A DNA stretch of 64,000 nucleotides from an uncultured virus (IMG/VR IMGVR_UViG_3300020599_000006) (Duplodnaviria; Heunggongvirae; Uroviricota; Caudoviricetes). The notes beneath the pieces are model-generated. The model searched no databases. It was not told where the DNA came from and saw only the letters and a program-made list of their open reading frames with translations. Positions 20,650-29,904 of this stretch are shown here, in pieces (position 1 is the stretch's first letter; every line of letters starts with the position of its first letter). The stretch lies in the IMG/VR virus record IMGVR_UViG_3300020599_000006; one strand, given 5' to 3'. Made by a program: the position numbers and the translations under genes.

Positions 20650-20678
20650 TACAGAACCTTCCCTATTTTTTATTAACA

Positions 20679-20702
20679 TTCGGTCGTACATTATGAGAGT
20701 GA
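20679..20702 (+). promoter_or_regulatory. putative phage promoter
   Basis: TTC GGTCGT ACATTAT GAGAG TGA. Confidence 0.6.
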
Positions 20703-20736
20703 GCACTTATAACCTACTGGTTCGGGGGAACGATAC

Positions 20737-21234
20737 GTGCAAGAAAAAGCAACAATGAGACTCGACTATTTCATAGGGTTGCCCGATGACGATGACTTCG
20801 TGGGGTACACGAAGCGCTTCATGGCAGAGTTCGCCCGTCGAGCTGAGATCGGTGCCAACAACATCGGTGTGCAACTGATTGAGCTGTCTCAAGAGCCCCG
20901 TGTGTGGGCAGTCAATTACCTGATCGGTAAAACAGCCCAGATGGCATTTCATTGCCAAGTCACCACCAACGACATGTACGAACTCTTTCAACTGTCCGTC
21001 GTGCCTCGGTGCCAGATCGCTACACTCGGCGATGTGTTCACTGACGATGAGAAGCTGCATTACCTGCGTTGCTGCTCATTAATGACCATCTACGAGAAGC
21101 TCCTGCATGAGCGTGGCTTCTTCCTGACGGAATCGGAGACAGCCGTCGCTGCCTGTTTGCCCTACGATCCGCCGATCGCGGTCAATCTGGTCTCCACCCT
21201 GCCCGAAATCACGTACAACTGCTCAAGGACTTAA
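20737..21234 (+). CDS. hypothetical protein
   Basis: 165-aa ORF downstream of the promoter motif. Confidence 0.6.
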   Translation: MQEKATMRLDYFIGLPDDDDFVGYTKRFMAEFARRAEIGANNIGVQLIELSQEPRVWAVNYLIGKTAQMAFHCQVTTNDMYELFQLSVVPRCQIATLGDVFTDDEKLHYLRCCSLMTIYEKLLHERGFFLTESETAVAACLPYDPPIAVNLVSTLPEITYNCSRT

Positions 21235-21245
21235 GGGAGTACATC

Positions 21246-22184
21246 ATGCTCTGCATCTGGCATGAAGACTGTTTCGACGGGTTGCTGGCTGCCTGGACCG
21301 TTCGGCGTAAATACCCGGACGCTTCCTTCTACGCCTCGCATTACGGTGCGCCACCACCCCCCATCGCCAACGGTGAAGTCGTTTATATCGTGGACTTCTC
21401 CTACCCACCGGAAACACTGATCGAGATCTGCCACAAGGCTGAACAGGTGTACCTGCTGGATCATCACCAGCAGTTCATTGACCGTATCCAAAGCTACTTC
21501 GATGATCCTGATATGCCCGACAGGCCGGACAACCTGCATCTGACGCTAGATGCCTGTCGTTCCGGCGCCGGGCTGGCCTGGGACTTCCTCTTCAGCGATG
21601 AACCGCGTAACTGGCTGATCGACCGTATCGAAGACCATGACCTGAACCGTCGGGGTATGCGGGGTACCGAGGAGGCGGTGGCTTACCTGGGTGCTTTACC
21701 CATGGCATTCGAATCGGTGGACTTCATCCTGGAGCGTGGACTGGAGGAGGTCATCTCGGCCGGCAAGATACTCCTGGAGAAGAACCGTCGGGAAGTGGAA
21801 TGGCACATCAAGTATGCCACTGACACCCAGCCGTTTGCCGGATTCCAGGTACCGGTGTGTAATGCGCCTCACTACCTGGCCACCGACATTGGGAGAGCCC
21901 TGGCGACCAAGGGCAATCCATTCGCCGTGATCTACTACGACGAACCCGGACAGCGCAAGTTTAGCTTACGGGGTGCACCCGATTGCCAAGTAAACCTGGC
22001 CACACTGGCTAGCATGTATGGCGGTGGCGGTCATCCGAAGGCCGCTGGGTTCCGTCTACCCCTGACCAGCATCTACGAACACGAGAGTAAGAAACACACC
22101 CAGCCGGTGCGTAAGTGGTTGGTGGTAGCGCTACTCTTTGCCACCGGGCTTGCTGTACTGGCCTCTTGGGCAGGGAGAAGCTAA
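21246..22184 (+). CDS. DHH/DHHA1 family phosphoesterase
   Basis: H.DC.DG, IVDFS, LLDHH, FSLR, GGGGHPKAAGF motifs; hydrophobic C-terminal tail. Confidence 0.88.
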   Translation: MLCIWHEDCFDGLLAAWTVRRKYPDASFYASHYGAPPPPIANGEVVYIVDFSYPPETLIEICHKAEQVYLLDHHQQFIDRIQSYFDDPDMPDRPDNLHLTLDACRSGAGLAWDFLFSDEPRNWLIDRIEDHDLNRRGMRGTEEAVAYLGALPMAFESVDFILERGLEEVISAGKILLEKNRREVEWHIKYATDTQPFAGFQVPVCNAPHYLATDIGRALATKGNPFAVIYYDEPGQRKFSLRGAPDCQVNLATLASMYGGGGHPKAAGFRLPLTSIYEHESKKHTQPVRKWLVVALLFATGLAVLASWAGRS

Positions 22185-22666
22185 TGTCCATTCGCCTGAT
22201 GGTGTTTGGCTTCAGTGCTATCCCTGAGCGTCGGGCGATCCATGAATACCTTGACCACGTGCGCAAGTACCGTGGTCAAGGGGTTTATGCCCCTGTGCAA
22301 GAGAAAGTCCATGCCACCAGTAATTGGCACCTGTCCGTGTTTGACATCGACGATGAAGATGACGATGGACAAATCTACGGACTGTACTTGGTCACTCCCC
22401 AGGAGTGGGAGTACGAAGGCATCAAGAAAATGATGCTCTGCATGTCCAAGGCAGTGGAGGAAACCTTTGCAGGACAACTGCATGAAGTCATTCATTTCCA
22501 ATCTAATACGCTTTGTGCGTACAAGGGTGCTGACCTGTCTCTCTTCTACCAAGAGTTCGAAGCAGGACTGGGACAGCTCGTTGACAATATCCGAACCCGA
22601 ATGGAGGGACGCAGTGAACCCATCCAACACCCCAGTCCCCCTGAGACTGATCCTGCTGACGGATGA
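22184..22666 (+). CDS. hypothetical protein
   Basis: TAATG coupling with the previous gene. Confidence 0.6.
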   Translation: MSIRLMVFGFSAIPERRAIHEYLDHVRKYRGQGVYAPVQEKVHATSNWHLSVFDIDDEDDDGQIYGLYLVTPQEWEYEGIKKMMLCMSKAVEETFAGQLHEVIHFQSNTLCAYKGADLSLFYQEFEAGLGQLVDNIRTRMEGRSEPIQHPSPPETDPADG

Positions 22667-23144
22667 ACGGTGCCCCCTCACGGATGAGTACTGGCGAGGT
22701 GTACTGAACCGTATCTGCCAGGATATCTACTTCCGTCAGCCTAGCATGTCCATGATTGACGATGTGATCAACATCGAACTCCAGATGAAGGATAAGTCTC
22801 GCTACATTCATCTCTTCATGGAATCCAGTGCCACGGAAGAGAGCGACGTGTATTTCATCTACCTGGCGGATGAAGTTATTGTCCAGGGCATCTCTCGAGA
22901 AGTGGTGCGAGAGTTCACCCGTTGGAACTCCATTCCGTTCAAGGTCAGGTCTCCACAAACGTTTGCTGAAGAGCTGAACATGTGGGCCTGGTATTTCCTG
23001 GATGAGTGTGGGTGTAAGCCTCAGCGTATCCACATCAAGCCTGGCTATCTATCCTACCGTGCCCACGGGGGACAGGAGAGCATGTGCTTCCGTAAGTTCT
23101 TCCTCAACAAGCGCAGACGTGTTGTGCTCAAGGCGGTGAAGTGA
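22467..23144 (+). CDS. hypothetical protein (true start probably nearer 22650)
   Basis: Long ORF filling the gap before 23144. Confidence 0.5.
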   Translation: MQDNCMKSFISNLIRFVRTRVLTCLSSTKSSKQDWDSSLTISEPEWRDAVNPSNTPVPLRLILLTDERCPLTDEYWRGVLNRICQDIYFRQPSMSMIDDVINIELQMKDKSRYIHLFMESSATEESDVYFIYLADEVIVQGISREVVREFTRWNSIPFKVRSPQTFAEELNMWAWYFLDECGCKPQRIHIKPGYLSYRAHGGQESMCFRKFFLNKRRRVVLKAVK

Positions 23145-23473
23145 TGGTCAAGGAAACATTCGAGCGTAATCGCCCTCACGTCAACGTGGGAACCATCGGG
23201 CATGTCAGCCACGGCAGGACCTCCCTGGCAGCTGCCATCCTAAAAGCCACCAGAGACGCTTCTGGTGGATCGATCGGCTCCAACGCCAACCCTGCCTATG
23301 ATCCGTACCGGATGTGCTCTGGAGCGCTTCCTAGCACGCCTCCCACCTATGCCGAGGGTTCTGCTGAACGCTTCGCAGAGCTGATCCAGGAGACCCCTCT
23401 GGCTACCCACGAGGTGACCAACGTACGGGTCGTGGACGGTAAAGTCATTGCCGACGTCAAGGAGCTGAAATGA
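23144..23473 (+). CDS. protein with EF-Tu N-terminus-like segment
   Basis: [32 protein letters not shown] versus EF-Tu [32 protein letters not shown]; remainder unrelated. Confidence 0.75.
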   Translation: MVKETFERNRPHVNVGTIGHVSHGRTSLAAAILKATRDASGGSIGSNANPAYDPYRMCSGALPSTPPTYAEGSAERFAELIQETPLATHEVTNVRVVDGKVIADVKELK

Positions 23474-23784
23474 GCCAAGTAACCTCTGTTGAATTTCTCG
23501 TTGAGGCCAATGTCCGTGACTCTGACTTCTACGACGTGGAGGCCTGGTTGCGGGATGCATCCATTCCCAATGTGCGCCCTCTGTACAACGTCTTCGTTGA
23601 ACACCGGGACGAGAAACTTACAGCCGCAGCTCTGGTGCGTGTGAACTACGCCGGGGGCTGTGACTATCAACTCCATCTGATGCATAACGGCTTCCTGAAG
23701 ACCTTCGAAGTAACAGGTCGTACGGTACCGGAGAGGGAGAGATTCCAAGACATCGTCATCCAACGCATCCACGGGGAGCGCTAA
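23470..23784 (+). CDS. hypothetical protein
   Basis: ATGA overlap; AAGGAG RBS. Confidence 0.6.
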   Translation: MSQVTSVEFLVEANVRDSDFYDVEAWLRDASIPNVRPLYNVFVEHRDEKLTAAALVRVNYAGGCDYQLHLMHNGFLKTFEVTGRTVPERERFQDIVIQRIHGER

Positions 23785-23786
23785 GC

Positions 23787-24764
23787 ATGAGTCACTTCTT
23801 AGTGGTAGTCGTTGGCGATAACGTCGACGAGCAATTGAAACCCTACAACGAGCAGGACGAAGAGTACACCGTCACCGAGCTCGTCACCGAGCTGCGCCGT
23901 ACCAGCGATGGTCACTTCCCCTATCGTGAGATGCGTGGCCGTATCCGCGATATCGTCATCGATAAGGGTGCTGTGGCCATCATCCCTGAGGACACTTCCA
24001 AATGGGAGATCAGGGAGATGGTGGATGCTGGGATTGACCATTTCGTGACCTGTGATGAAAAAGGTCACTTCCATGCGTTCCATCGGGTCTTTAACGAGAC
24101 CGGTAAGTGGGACTGGTACGTGGTGGGTGGTCGGTGGGATGGATGGCTCAAAGGCCTCCCTGGGGCTCCTGCTGCATCGGGTGAAATCAAAGCCAAGCAA
24201 CCATCGAAGGTTAATGGCTGGGACAAGCCGTTGGATATCAATGGCTACACGGCTTTGCCGAAGTGGAAGGTGGATCATGAGGCCATGTATCAAACCCGAT
24301 TCGAGGAGCTCTACAAGGTCTGGTCGATTCTGCGGGATATTGGGGTACTGGGTAAGATTCGTCTCTACAAGGACATGTACGAGGAAGCTGAGGCAGCGTT
24401 AAAGGATCTCGATGAGAAGGAGAAAAGATTCAACCATAAAAGCGTGGGTGATGCGTACCTGAAACAGGTCGATCTGGTACGTGCCAATGAGATGATCAAG
24501 AAGAAGCTCGGTCCTGACTGGTGGTGGTGGGATATTGAGCTTAGTCTGATCCTGGATGAGGAAGCGCTGCGTAAGCACGCTCGAGAGACCTCGATACCCT
24601 TTGCCTTTGTGAAGGATGGTCGTTGGCATGAGCGTGCTCAGATGGGATGGTTCGGTATGGCGTATAACGAGATGCCGAATGATCAGTGGTACGAGGAGTG
24701 GATGCAGATGTGGAATAGCCTGGATGATAATACTCTGCTGACTGTGGTAGATTGTCACATCTAG
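23787..24764 (+). CDS. Trp-rich phage protein
   Basis: MSHFLV.V, KWDWYVVGGRW, PFAFVKDGRWHE..MGWFG, VVDCHI motifs. Confidence 0.8.
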   Translation: MSHFLVVVVGDNVDEQLKPYNEQDEEYTVTELVTELRRTSDGHFPYREMRGRIRDIVIDKGAVAIIPEDTSKWEIREMVDAGIDHFVTCDEKGHFHAFHRVFNETGKWDWYVVGGRWDGWLKGLPGAPAASGEIKAKQPSKVNGWDKPLDINGYTALPKWKVDHEAMYQTRFEELYKVWSILRDIGVLGKIRLYKDMYEEAEAALKDLDEKEKRFNHKSVGDAYLKQVDLVRANEMIKKKLGPDWWWWDIELSLILDEEALRKHARETSIPFAFVKDGRWHERAQMGWFGMAYNEMPNDQWYEEWMQMWNSLDDNTLLTVVDCHI

Positions 24765-24854
24765 TAAACTTTTACTGATGTGTTGGTTTTATATAGACAA
24801 CACGTCAAACTACTGGATCAATATCTGGTAAGGCTAAAGGGTTTTTTGCTCTTT

Positions 24855-24993
24855 ATAAACAGGGGTACGTAGTACCCCTTTCCTTATTCTTCTTTTGATC
24901 TTGATCTTGCTCTAATAAACGGGATAGGGGTTTATCCCCTATCCCTTCCTTGTTCCTTCTTTTTAGCCTAGGAGGGGATAAACCCCTCCTAGG
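24855..24993. repeat. cluster of three inverted repeats in an AT-rich intergenic region
   Basis: AGGGGTAC/GTACCCCT; GGGATAGGGG/CCCCTATCCC; CCTAGGAGGGG/CCCCTCCTAGG. Confidence 0.85.
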
Positions 24994-25017
24994 TGATTAT
25001 GTCGTTAGGGGTGTAAG

Positions 25018-25617
25018 ATGAACTGGTTTGATCGAGCTATGCAACGATTAGGGATGGGTATCCGAAGGGAAGATGATCCAGAACCTAAGCTGATCTTGAA
25101 GGTGATTAAATGGCCTAAGGGATGGGAAGGAGCAGCTGCCTTAACGCAGTGCATCGAGCATCGAGTGCAACAGGTGACAGATCTGGAGCTGGAGTATCAT
25201 GGGCTGAAGGATAGCACACCTCAGTACAGTGAAATCGAACTGATCTTTAGTCAGGACGAGAAAGCGTTAGTGGCGTGTATGCAATCCTACCGAGCGTGGT
25301 GTGAGGAGCAGTGCTTTAACATCAATACTGTCTATCATCCTCATGCACAGGAGCGTGAGGATCTGTGGGATAGGGGACTGAGTATCCTGGCTTACTTACC
25401 GTCCTATGATCGTAAGGACGTGGCTAAGGCCTGGTTGATCGATGATGCAGTCCTCTACCGTCTGTATCAGCCGTCACTCTGCATGGATAAGAATAAGACG
25501 CAGGACAGTACTGATCTGGACTATCGCCTTAAGTTAGGCTGTTTAGTAAGCAGTAGTGAGGTTACGATGCATACGGCCAGGGTGTTGTGGGCTAAGCAGA
25601 CCCGGACGGATGAATGA
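25018..25617 (+). CDS. hypothetical protein
   Basis: AGGGGG RBS; 199 aa. Confidence 0.65.
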   Translation: MNWFDRAMQRLGMGIRREDDPEPKLILKVIKWPKGWEGAAALTQCIEHRVQQVTDLELEYHGLKDSTPQYSEIELIFSQDEKALVACMQSYRAWCEEQCFNINTVYHPHAQEREDLWDRGLSILAYLPSYDRKDVAKAWLIDDAVLYRLYQPSLCMDKNKTQDSTDLDYRLKLGCLVSSSEVTMHTARVLWAKQTRTDE

Positions 25618-25804
25618 CATGAAGAATGCACCCCTGACACTGCTGGCGATAGCGTTGGCAGAGGCACCGAGCAGTCTGATTAAGACTGACTTGCACATCG
25701 GTAATCTGTTTGCACCTCCCAAGCATCATGAGGTGAACCGGCGTAATGGTCTGGATAAAGACGGTATGCCACGCCGTAAGAAGAAAGGCCAAACCTGGAG
25801 ATAA
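25610..25804 (+). CDS. small basic hypothetical protein
   Basis: ORF overlapping the previous stop. Confidence 0.45.
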   Translation: MNDMKNAPLTLLAIALAEAPSSLIKTDLHIGNLFAPPKHHEVNRRNGLDKDGMPRRKKKGQTWR

Positions 25805-25816
25805 AGGAGTCCCACC

Positions 25817-26161
25817 ATGCCCATCGTCACTGTAAGCGGTCATCCACTGGAGGGTAGTGCAGCTGAGCTGGTAATCGCTGCCCTGAAGTCCATCGTGCCG
25901 CAGACGCCAGATTACTACGAGTTTGGTAACGGCCTGGATCAGGCACCGACCCGCTTTACTCGTTTTACGGCAGAGGATCTGCATCAGGTGCAGGTGCTGG
26001 CGCAGGGAGATGGAACGCAGTTAGCAGAGCAGGTGCCGCAGGCGTACACGGCTTTTCTGGAAGCGGCTGAGAATGGGGAAGGTCCAGGTCTAAGGCAGGT
26101 GCAGACCTGGCTGAGTGCGGTGCAGCCACTGTGCAATGCCGGTGGTTATGTTTTGAATTAG
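25817..26161 (+). CDS. hypothetical protein
   Basis: AAGGAG RBS. Confidence 0.6.
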   Translation: MPIVTVSGHPLEGSAAELVIAALKSIVPQTPDYYEFGNGLDQAPTRFTRFTAEDLHQVQVLAQGDGTQLAEQVPQAYTAFLEAAENGEGPGLRQVQTWLSAVQPLCNAGGYVLN

Positions 26162-26170
26162 GGGCTGGGT

Positions 26171-26527
26171 ATGGAAGAGGATGCGCTGTCGGATCTGGAC
26201 ATGAAGATCCTCGAGGGTGCGGTGGAGGATTACCGGGAGAACGGCAACAATGTCCCCGTGATATTGGTGATGGATGCAGACTTTACCCGCACCACCCAAC
26301 TCAAGGTGGATGCTGTCCATCGGAAGCTGGAGCAGTTAGGGATAGCCGTGACCATCATGTCTCGTGAGGACTTCAACAAACTCCACACTGTCCGTCCGGA
26401 CTTGGAGAGCGTGTTGAAGGAGCGGCTAAAGCAAGTGGTCTGCATCAGCAACCCCAAGACTACCCGCTCTGAACGAGTTCCCCATATGCAGCGCGGTGGG
26501 TTGGAGAAGTGGCGTCTGCCACGTTAA
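26171..26527 (+). CDS. hypothetical protein
   Basis: AGGGG RBS. Confidence 0.6.
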   Translation: MEEDALSDLDMKILEGAVEDYRENGNNVPVILVMDADFTRTTQLKVDAVHRKLEQLGIAVTIMSREDFNKLHTVRPDLESVLKERLKQVVCISNPKTTRSERVPHMQRGGLEKWRLPR

Positions 26528-26591
26528 AGACATAAGCGGGGGCGTTAAGCCCCCGTCTATGCCGGTTATACCGGTTTGGATTCCAAATCTT

Positions 26592-26615
26592 TTCAATGAT
26601 ACATTGTATTCTTGA
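26592..26615 (+). promoter_or_regulatory. putative phage promoter upstream of the AmrZ homolog
   Basis: TTC AATGAT ACATTGT ATTCT TGA. Confidence 0.5.
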
Positions 26616-26676
26616 TCCTGCCACACTGATGGATCATTCACTAGCTGTTTACCGCTCAAGACTTAAGGAGTTATCC

Positions 26677-27030
26677 GTGAAACAACGTGATGCCAGTTAT
26701 ACCAGCCGTACCGCTGACAAGTTCGTCGTTCGTCTGCCTGAAGGCATGCGTGACCAGATCGCTGATGTTGCCCGTAACCACCATCGGTCGATGAACAGCG
26801 AGATCATCGCTCGCCTTAAAGCGAGTCTGGATGGCGTGGGTCCGCAGCCTAAATCGGTGCCGCATGATCCCCAGCATCCCTGGACGCCGATGGTCGGCAT
26901 GCCGGTCTATCATGGTGATGAACTGTACGTGATCCAGCGCCTGCGTGTGGTGGGCGGTGATCACCTGCAAGTCATCCTGGATGGGTCCCAATGGATCGAT
27001 GCCGATGAACTGACCCCGTACCACCAGTAA
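26677..27030 (+). CDS. amrZ: AmrZ/AlgZ-like Arc-family ribbon-helix-helix regulator
   Basis: [40 protein letters not shown], nearly identical to the Pseudomonas AmrZ N-domain; AAGGAG then GTG start. Confidence 0.88.
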   Translation: MKQRDASYTSRTADKFVVRLPEGMRDQIADVARNHHRSMNSEIIARLKASLDGVGPQPKSVPHDPQHPWTPMVGMPVYHGDELYVIQRLRVVGGDHLQVILDGSQWIDADELTPYHQ

Positions 27031-27111
27031 CACCACCGGGGGAGCTAAGCTCCCCCATCCCTTAACTACCCCGCCCTAACCCAAGCTGTACATTCGCTCA
27101 AGGAGTTTCAC

Positions 27112-28026
27112 ATGAACGTAGCCCGTGTTATCACCATCGCTGCTGTCGCCACCGTCTCCTGTGCTGGCGTGGCCTTTGCCATCAAGAAGTACAACGACAC
27201 CAAGAAGATCACCAAGGCCGACGTGCACTCCCTGAAAGCTGAAATCGAAGCGCGTCGTGCTGCTGAGGAGCCCAAGAGTGTCCTTTGCCGGGTGGTGTCG
27301 GATGAAGAAACCCCAGCAGCTGAGGAACAGACCACTGCCGAGGTGATCATCGATCCGATCTCGCGCATGACTGACGAAGGTCTGGCCCTGCTGCCGCAAC
27401 TGGCCCATGTTGGTACCGACATCCTCGAGACCAAAGACACGATCGTGGAGAATGGCATAGTGCTGGAGAAAACCGGCACTGACTTCACCCAGGTCTCGTC
27501 GGCTCGTCTGGGCAATGGGGTCGATCGTAACCCAGTGGAGATGCGCCAACCACCGCGGACACGTCGTCGGATGCAGGTGGACAGCTTTGCCGAGATGGCT
27601 CGCGTGATGCGTAACAACAACGTCGATCTGGAATCGGGTAAGCCCCAGCCGTCCTCCAACCTCGAGAACTTTGAACATTACGAGGAGATGGAACTGTTCC
27701 TGGATTTCTTCGAGAAACTGCAACAACGTGGTAAGGAGATGGAGTTCGATCGCAAGTGGCTGGCAGGTGACTACATGGACAACGTCGTTAACGTGAAAAT
27801 GGCTGGCGGCTACTACGCCACCCAGGATCATGTCAGCCATCGTAAAGCCATCATCCACAGCACCAAGCGTGGCAACACCATCATCTTCCAGCGCTACAAG
27901 AACGGCCAGAATGGCATCCTGGTCTGGAATGGCCCGGAAGATGCCAACCTGGGCGACAACATGATCGACCTGGCGCACATGAAGCGCTTTATCGACGGCA
28001 CTTACCTGCAAGTCCGCAAGTCGTAA
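27112..28026 (+). CDS. hypothetical protein with N-terminal membrane anchor
   Basis: AAGGAG RBS; hydrophobic N-terminus. Confidence 0.75.
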   Translation: MNVARVITIAAVATVSCAGVAFAIKKYNDTKKITKADVHSLKAEIEARRAAEEPKSVLCRVVSDEETPAAEEQTTAEVIIDPISRMTDEGLALLPQLAHVGTDILETKDTIVENGIVLEKTGTDFTQVSSARLGNGVDRNPVEMRQPPRTRRRMQVDSFAEMARVMRNNNVDLESGKPQPSSNLENFEHYEEMELFLDFFEKLQQRGKEMEFDRKWLAGDYMDNVVNVKMAGGYYATQDHVSHRKAIIHSTKRGNTIIFQRYKNGQNGILVWNGPEDANLGDNMIDLAHMKRFIDGTYLQVRKS

Positions 28027-28095
28027 TACAGGGGGGCTTCGCCCCCTAACGCTGACCTTCCTCTTACCTAGCTGCATTAGCTTAAGGATTACTAC

Positions 28096-28293
28096 ATGAG
28101 CAACGAACCTATCATCAACCAGATCGCTGCGATGATCGAGGAGAGTAACGACTGCTTCCGCAATGATGTCGCTGATGCGCTGTCCGATTTCTTCGGTACG
28201 CGTATCGAGCCTAGCCGTGTCGACGCCTTACAAGCGCTGCTGCAAGCGCGCGGTTTGGAAATCGTCGGCATCGACAGCGACGAAGACGAATAA
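28096..28293 (+). CDS. small acidic hypothetical protein
   Basis: AAGGA RBS; followed by a UUCG hairpin and T tract. Confidence 0.6.
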   Translation: MSNEPIINQIAAMIEESNDCFRNDVADALSDFFGTRIEPSRVDALQALLQARGLEIVGIDSDEDE

Positions 28294-28351
28294 ATTACAC
28301 CCCACCTTCAGGGACCTTCGGGTCCCTTTCTTTTTTCTGGAGTGATGGAAC

Positions 28352-28942
28352 ATGAACAACATTCACGAAGTCTTCAACAAGCGTTTCGAGCAAATCCTCA
28401 AACAACAGGATCTCCCGTTCCAGATCATGGGACGTAGCCAAGTCGCTGACTATGCCATGGCTCAGTTCACGGCATGGTTCGTCGGTGATGACACCAAAGA
28501 AACCGACCGTAGCCTCACGCTCAAACACACTTACCGTCTGAGCAATGTGATCGCCTACACCGGCCAGCATGGTCAGTGTATTGGCGTCCATTTCTACGGG
28601 CTCCTGGCGTTCCAGATTTCTCTGAGTACTGAGAATGACCAGGAGCTGTTGGTCCTGATTGATCCGACCATCTACGAGGGGATCGTCGAAAACTTCTCCG
28701 AAGAACGTGCCGCCGAAGTGGCCACTATCATGGCCATGTCGGTGAGCCTGTCGGTACTGCTTTGCCTGCCGATGGACCAGTTGATGGACGTTATCAACTG
28801 GTCCACTCGTATCGGTGAGGGCGATGATGTCGAGTACTATCTCGACGAGCTCGAACATCTTCTGGCCACCATCCAACTATTGACCAGCCAGATGTTCTCC
28901 AACCCTGTCACTGCCCTCTGCCTTCAATACCAGGAGGACTGA
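28352..28942 (+). CDS. hypothetical protein (paralog of 28945-29523)
   Basis: N-terminus IHEVFNKRFEQI resembles the neighbour. Confidence 0.65.
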   Translation: MNNIHEVFNKRFEQILKQQDLPFQIMGRSQVADYAMAQFTAWFVGDDTKETDRSLTLKHTYRLSNVIAYTGQHGQCIGVHFYGLLAFQISLSTENDQELLVLIDPTIYEGIVENFSEERAAEVATIMAMSVSLSVLLCLPMDQLMDVINWSTRIGEGDDVEYYLDELEHLLATIQLLTSQMFSNPVTALCLQYQED

Positions 28943-28944
28943 TC

Positions 28945-29523
28945 ATGACCCTGCACGAGCTGTTCGATTCGCGTTTCCAGGAAATCACCGCCACTGCCAA
29001 CCTGGGCTACCCTCTGGTCGACATTCACACGGCGTCGTCCTACGCGTTTGCCTACTTCCAGAGCCTCAGCTACGACGCATCGTTGCTGGGACAGGGCGGT
29101 GATTACCACCCCGATTGCCTCATCACGGCTGGCACTGCGGACAATGGTGCCATCGTGGTGCACAAGCTGGGCGAAATCGTCATGGTCATCCACAAGGACA
29201 CTGAGTCTAACAAGCTGATCCTCTCCATGTCCGACAACGTGGAAGACGGGCTGTCTGAACACTTCCTGAACCCTGACTTCCTCTGCATCCGCGACACCAT
29301 CCTCTACACTCTGGGGGCTATGGTGCTCCTGAAGATGCCGATGGCCTGGGTACTGGGTGCCGTCGACCGCATGACCAGCTACGGGAACGAGGACCTCAGT
29401 GTCGGGCATCGTGCCTACGACGAACTGACCACCTACCAAGAGATCATGCTGATCCTGTTCGACAAGCTGATCCTCGAATCCACACCTTTCATCTTCCAGA
29501 CCATCGATCTGGTAAGGAGCTAA
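28945..29523 (+). CDS. hypothetical protein (paralog of 28352-28942)
   Basis: N-terminus LHELFDSRFQEI; AGGAGG RBS. Confidence 0.65.
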   Translation: MTLHELFDSRFQEITATANLGYPLVDIHTASSYAFAYFQSLSYDASLLGQGGDYHPDCLITAGTADNGAIVVHKLGEIVMVIHKDTESNKLILSMSDNVEDGLSEHFLNPDFLCIRDTILYTLGAMVLLKMPMAWVLGAVDRMTSYGNEDLSVGHRAYDELTTYQEIMLILFDKLILESTPFIFQTIDLVRS

Positions 29524-29527
29524 GAAA

Positions 29528-29851
29528 ATGACCATGACGTTTGATGAAGCCAAAGAACTGCTCTCCAACTGCCGTCGCTCCGAGCTGCGTGATCACGCTT
29601 TCGGCGATCGTGAGATCTTCTTCACCGATGCCAGTGGTAATACCGTGGCCGAAGGCTACAGCGGTTCCAGTGGTACCAGCGTGTACGTCAATGGCACCGA
29701 GTTCGAAGGGAAACAGGGTGAGTACCTGGCGACCCTCGGCCATCTCGGTGACGTGGAGCGTAATGACTCCACGGGTCCTGAGGAGTACCGTGAAGGCGAG
29801 TGCATGTCAGGTCTGACCCACGACGGTGTACTGGACGAGCTCACACGTTAA
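29528..29851 (+). CDS. hypothetical protein
   Basis: AAGGAG RBS. Confidence 0.65.
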   Translation: MTMTFDEAKELLSNCRRSELRDHAFGDREIFFTDASGNTVAEGYSGSSGTSVYVNGTEFEGKQGEYLATLGHLGDVERNDSTGPEEYREGECMSGLTHDGVLDELTR

Positions 29852-29903
29852 CGGCATAAACAGGAGGACCCGAAGGTCCTCCTGTATGCTCCTTTCTTTT
29901 TTG
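29852..29903. terminator. terminator between convergent genes
   Basis: ACAGGAGGACC-CGAA-GGTCCTCCTGT (UUCG loop on the minus strand). Confidence 0.8.
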
Positions 29904-29904
29904 G

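Noticed and set aside
23144..23473. Functional EF-Tu gene or frameshifted tuf
   Set aside because: Similarity ends after about 32 aa and no downstream EF-Tu motifs appear in the neighbouring translated frames.
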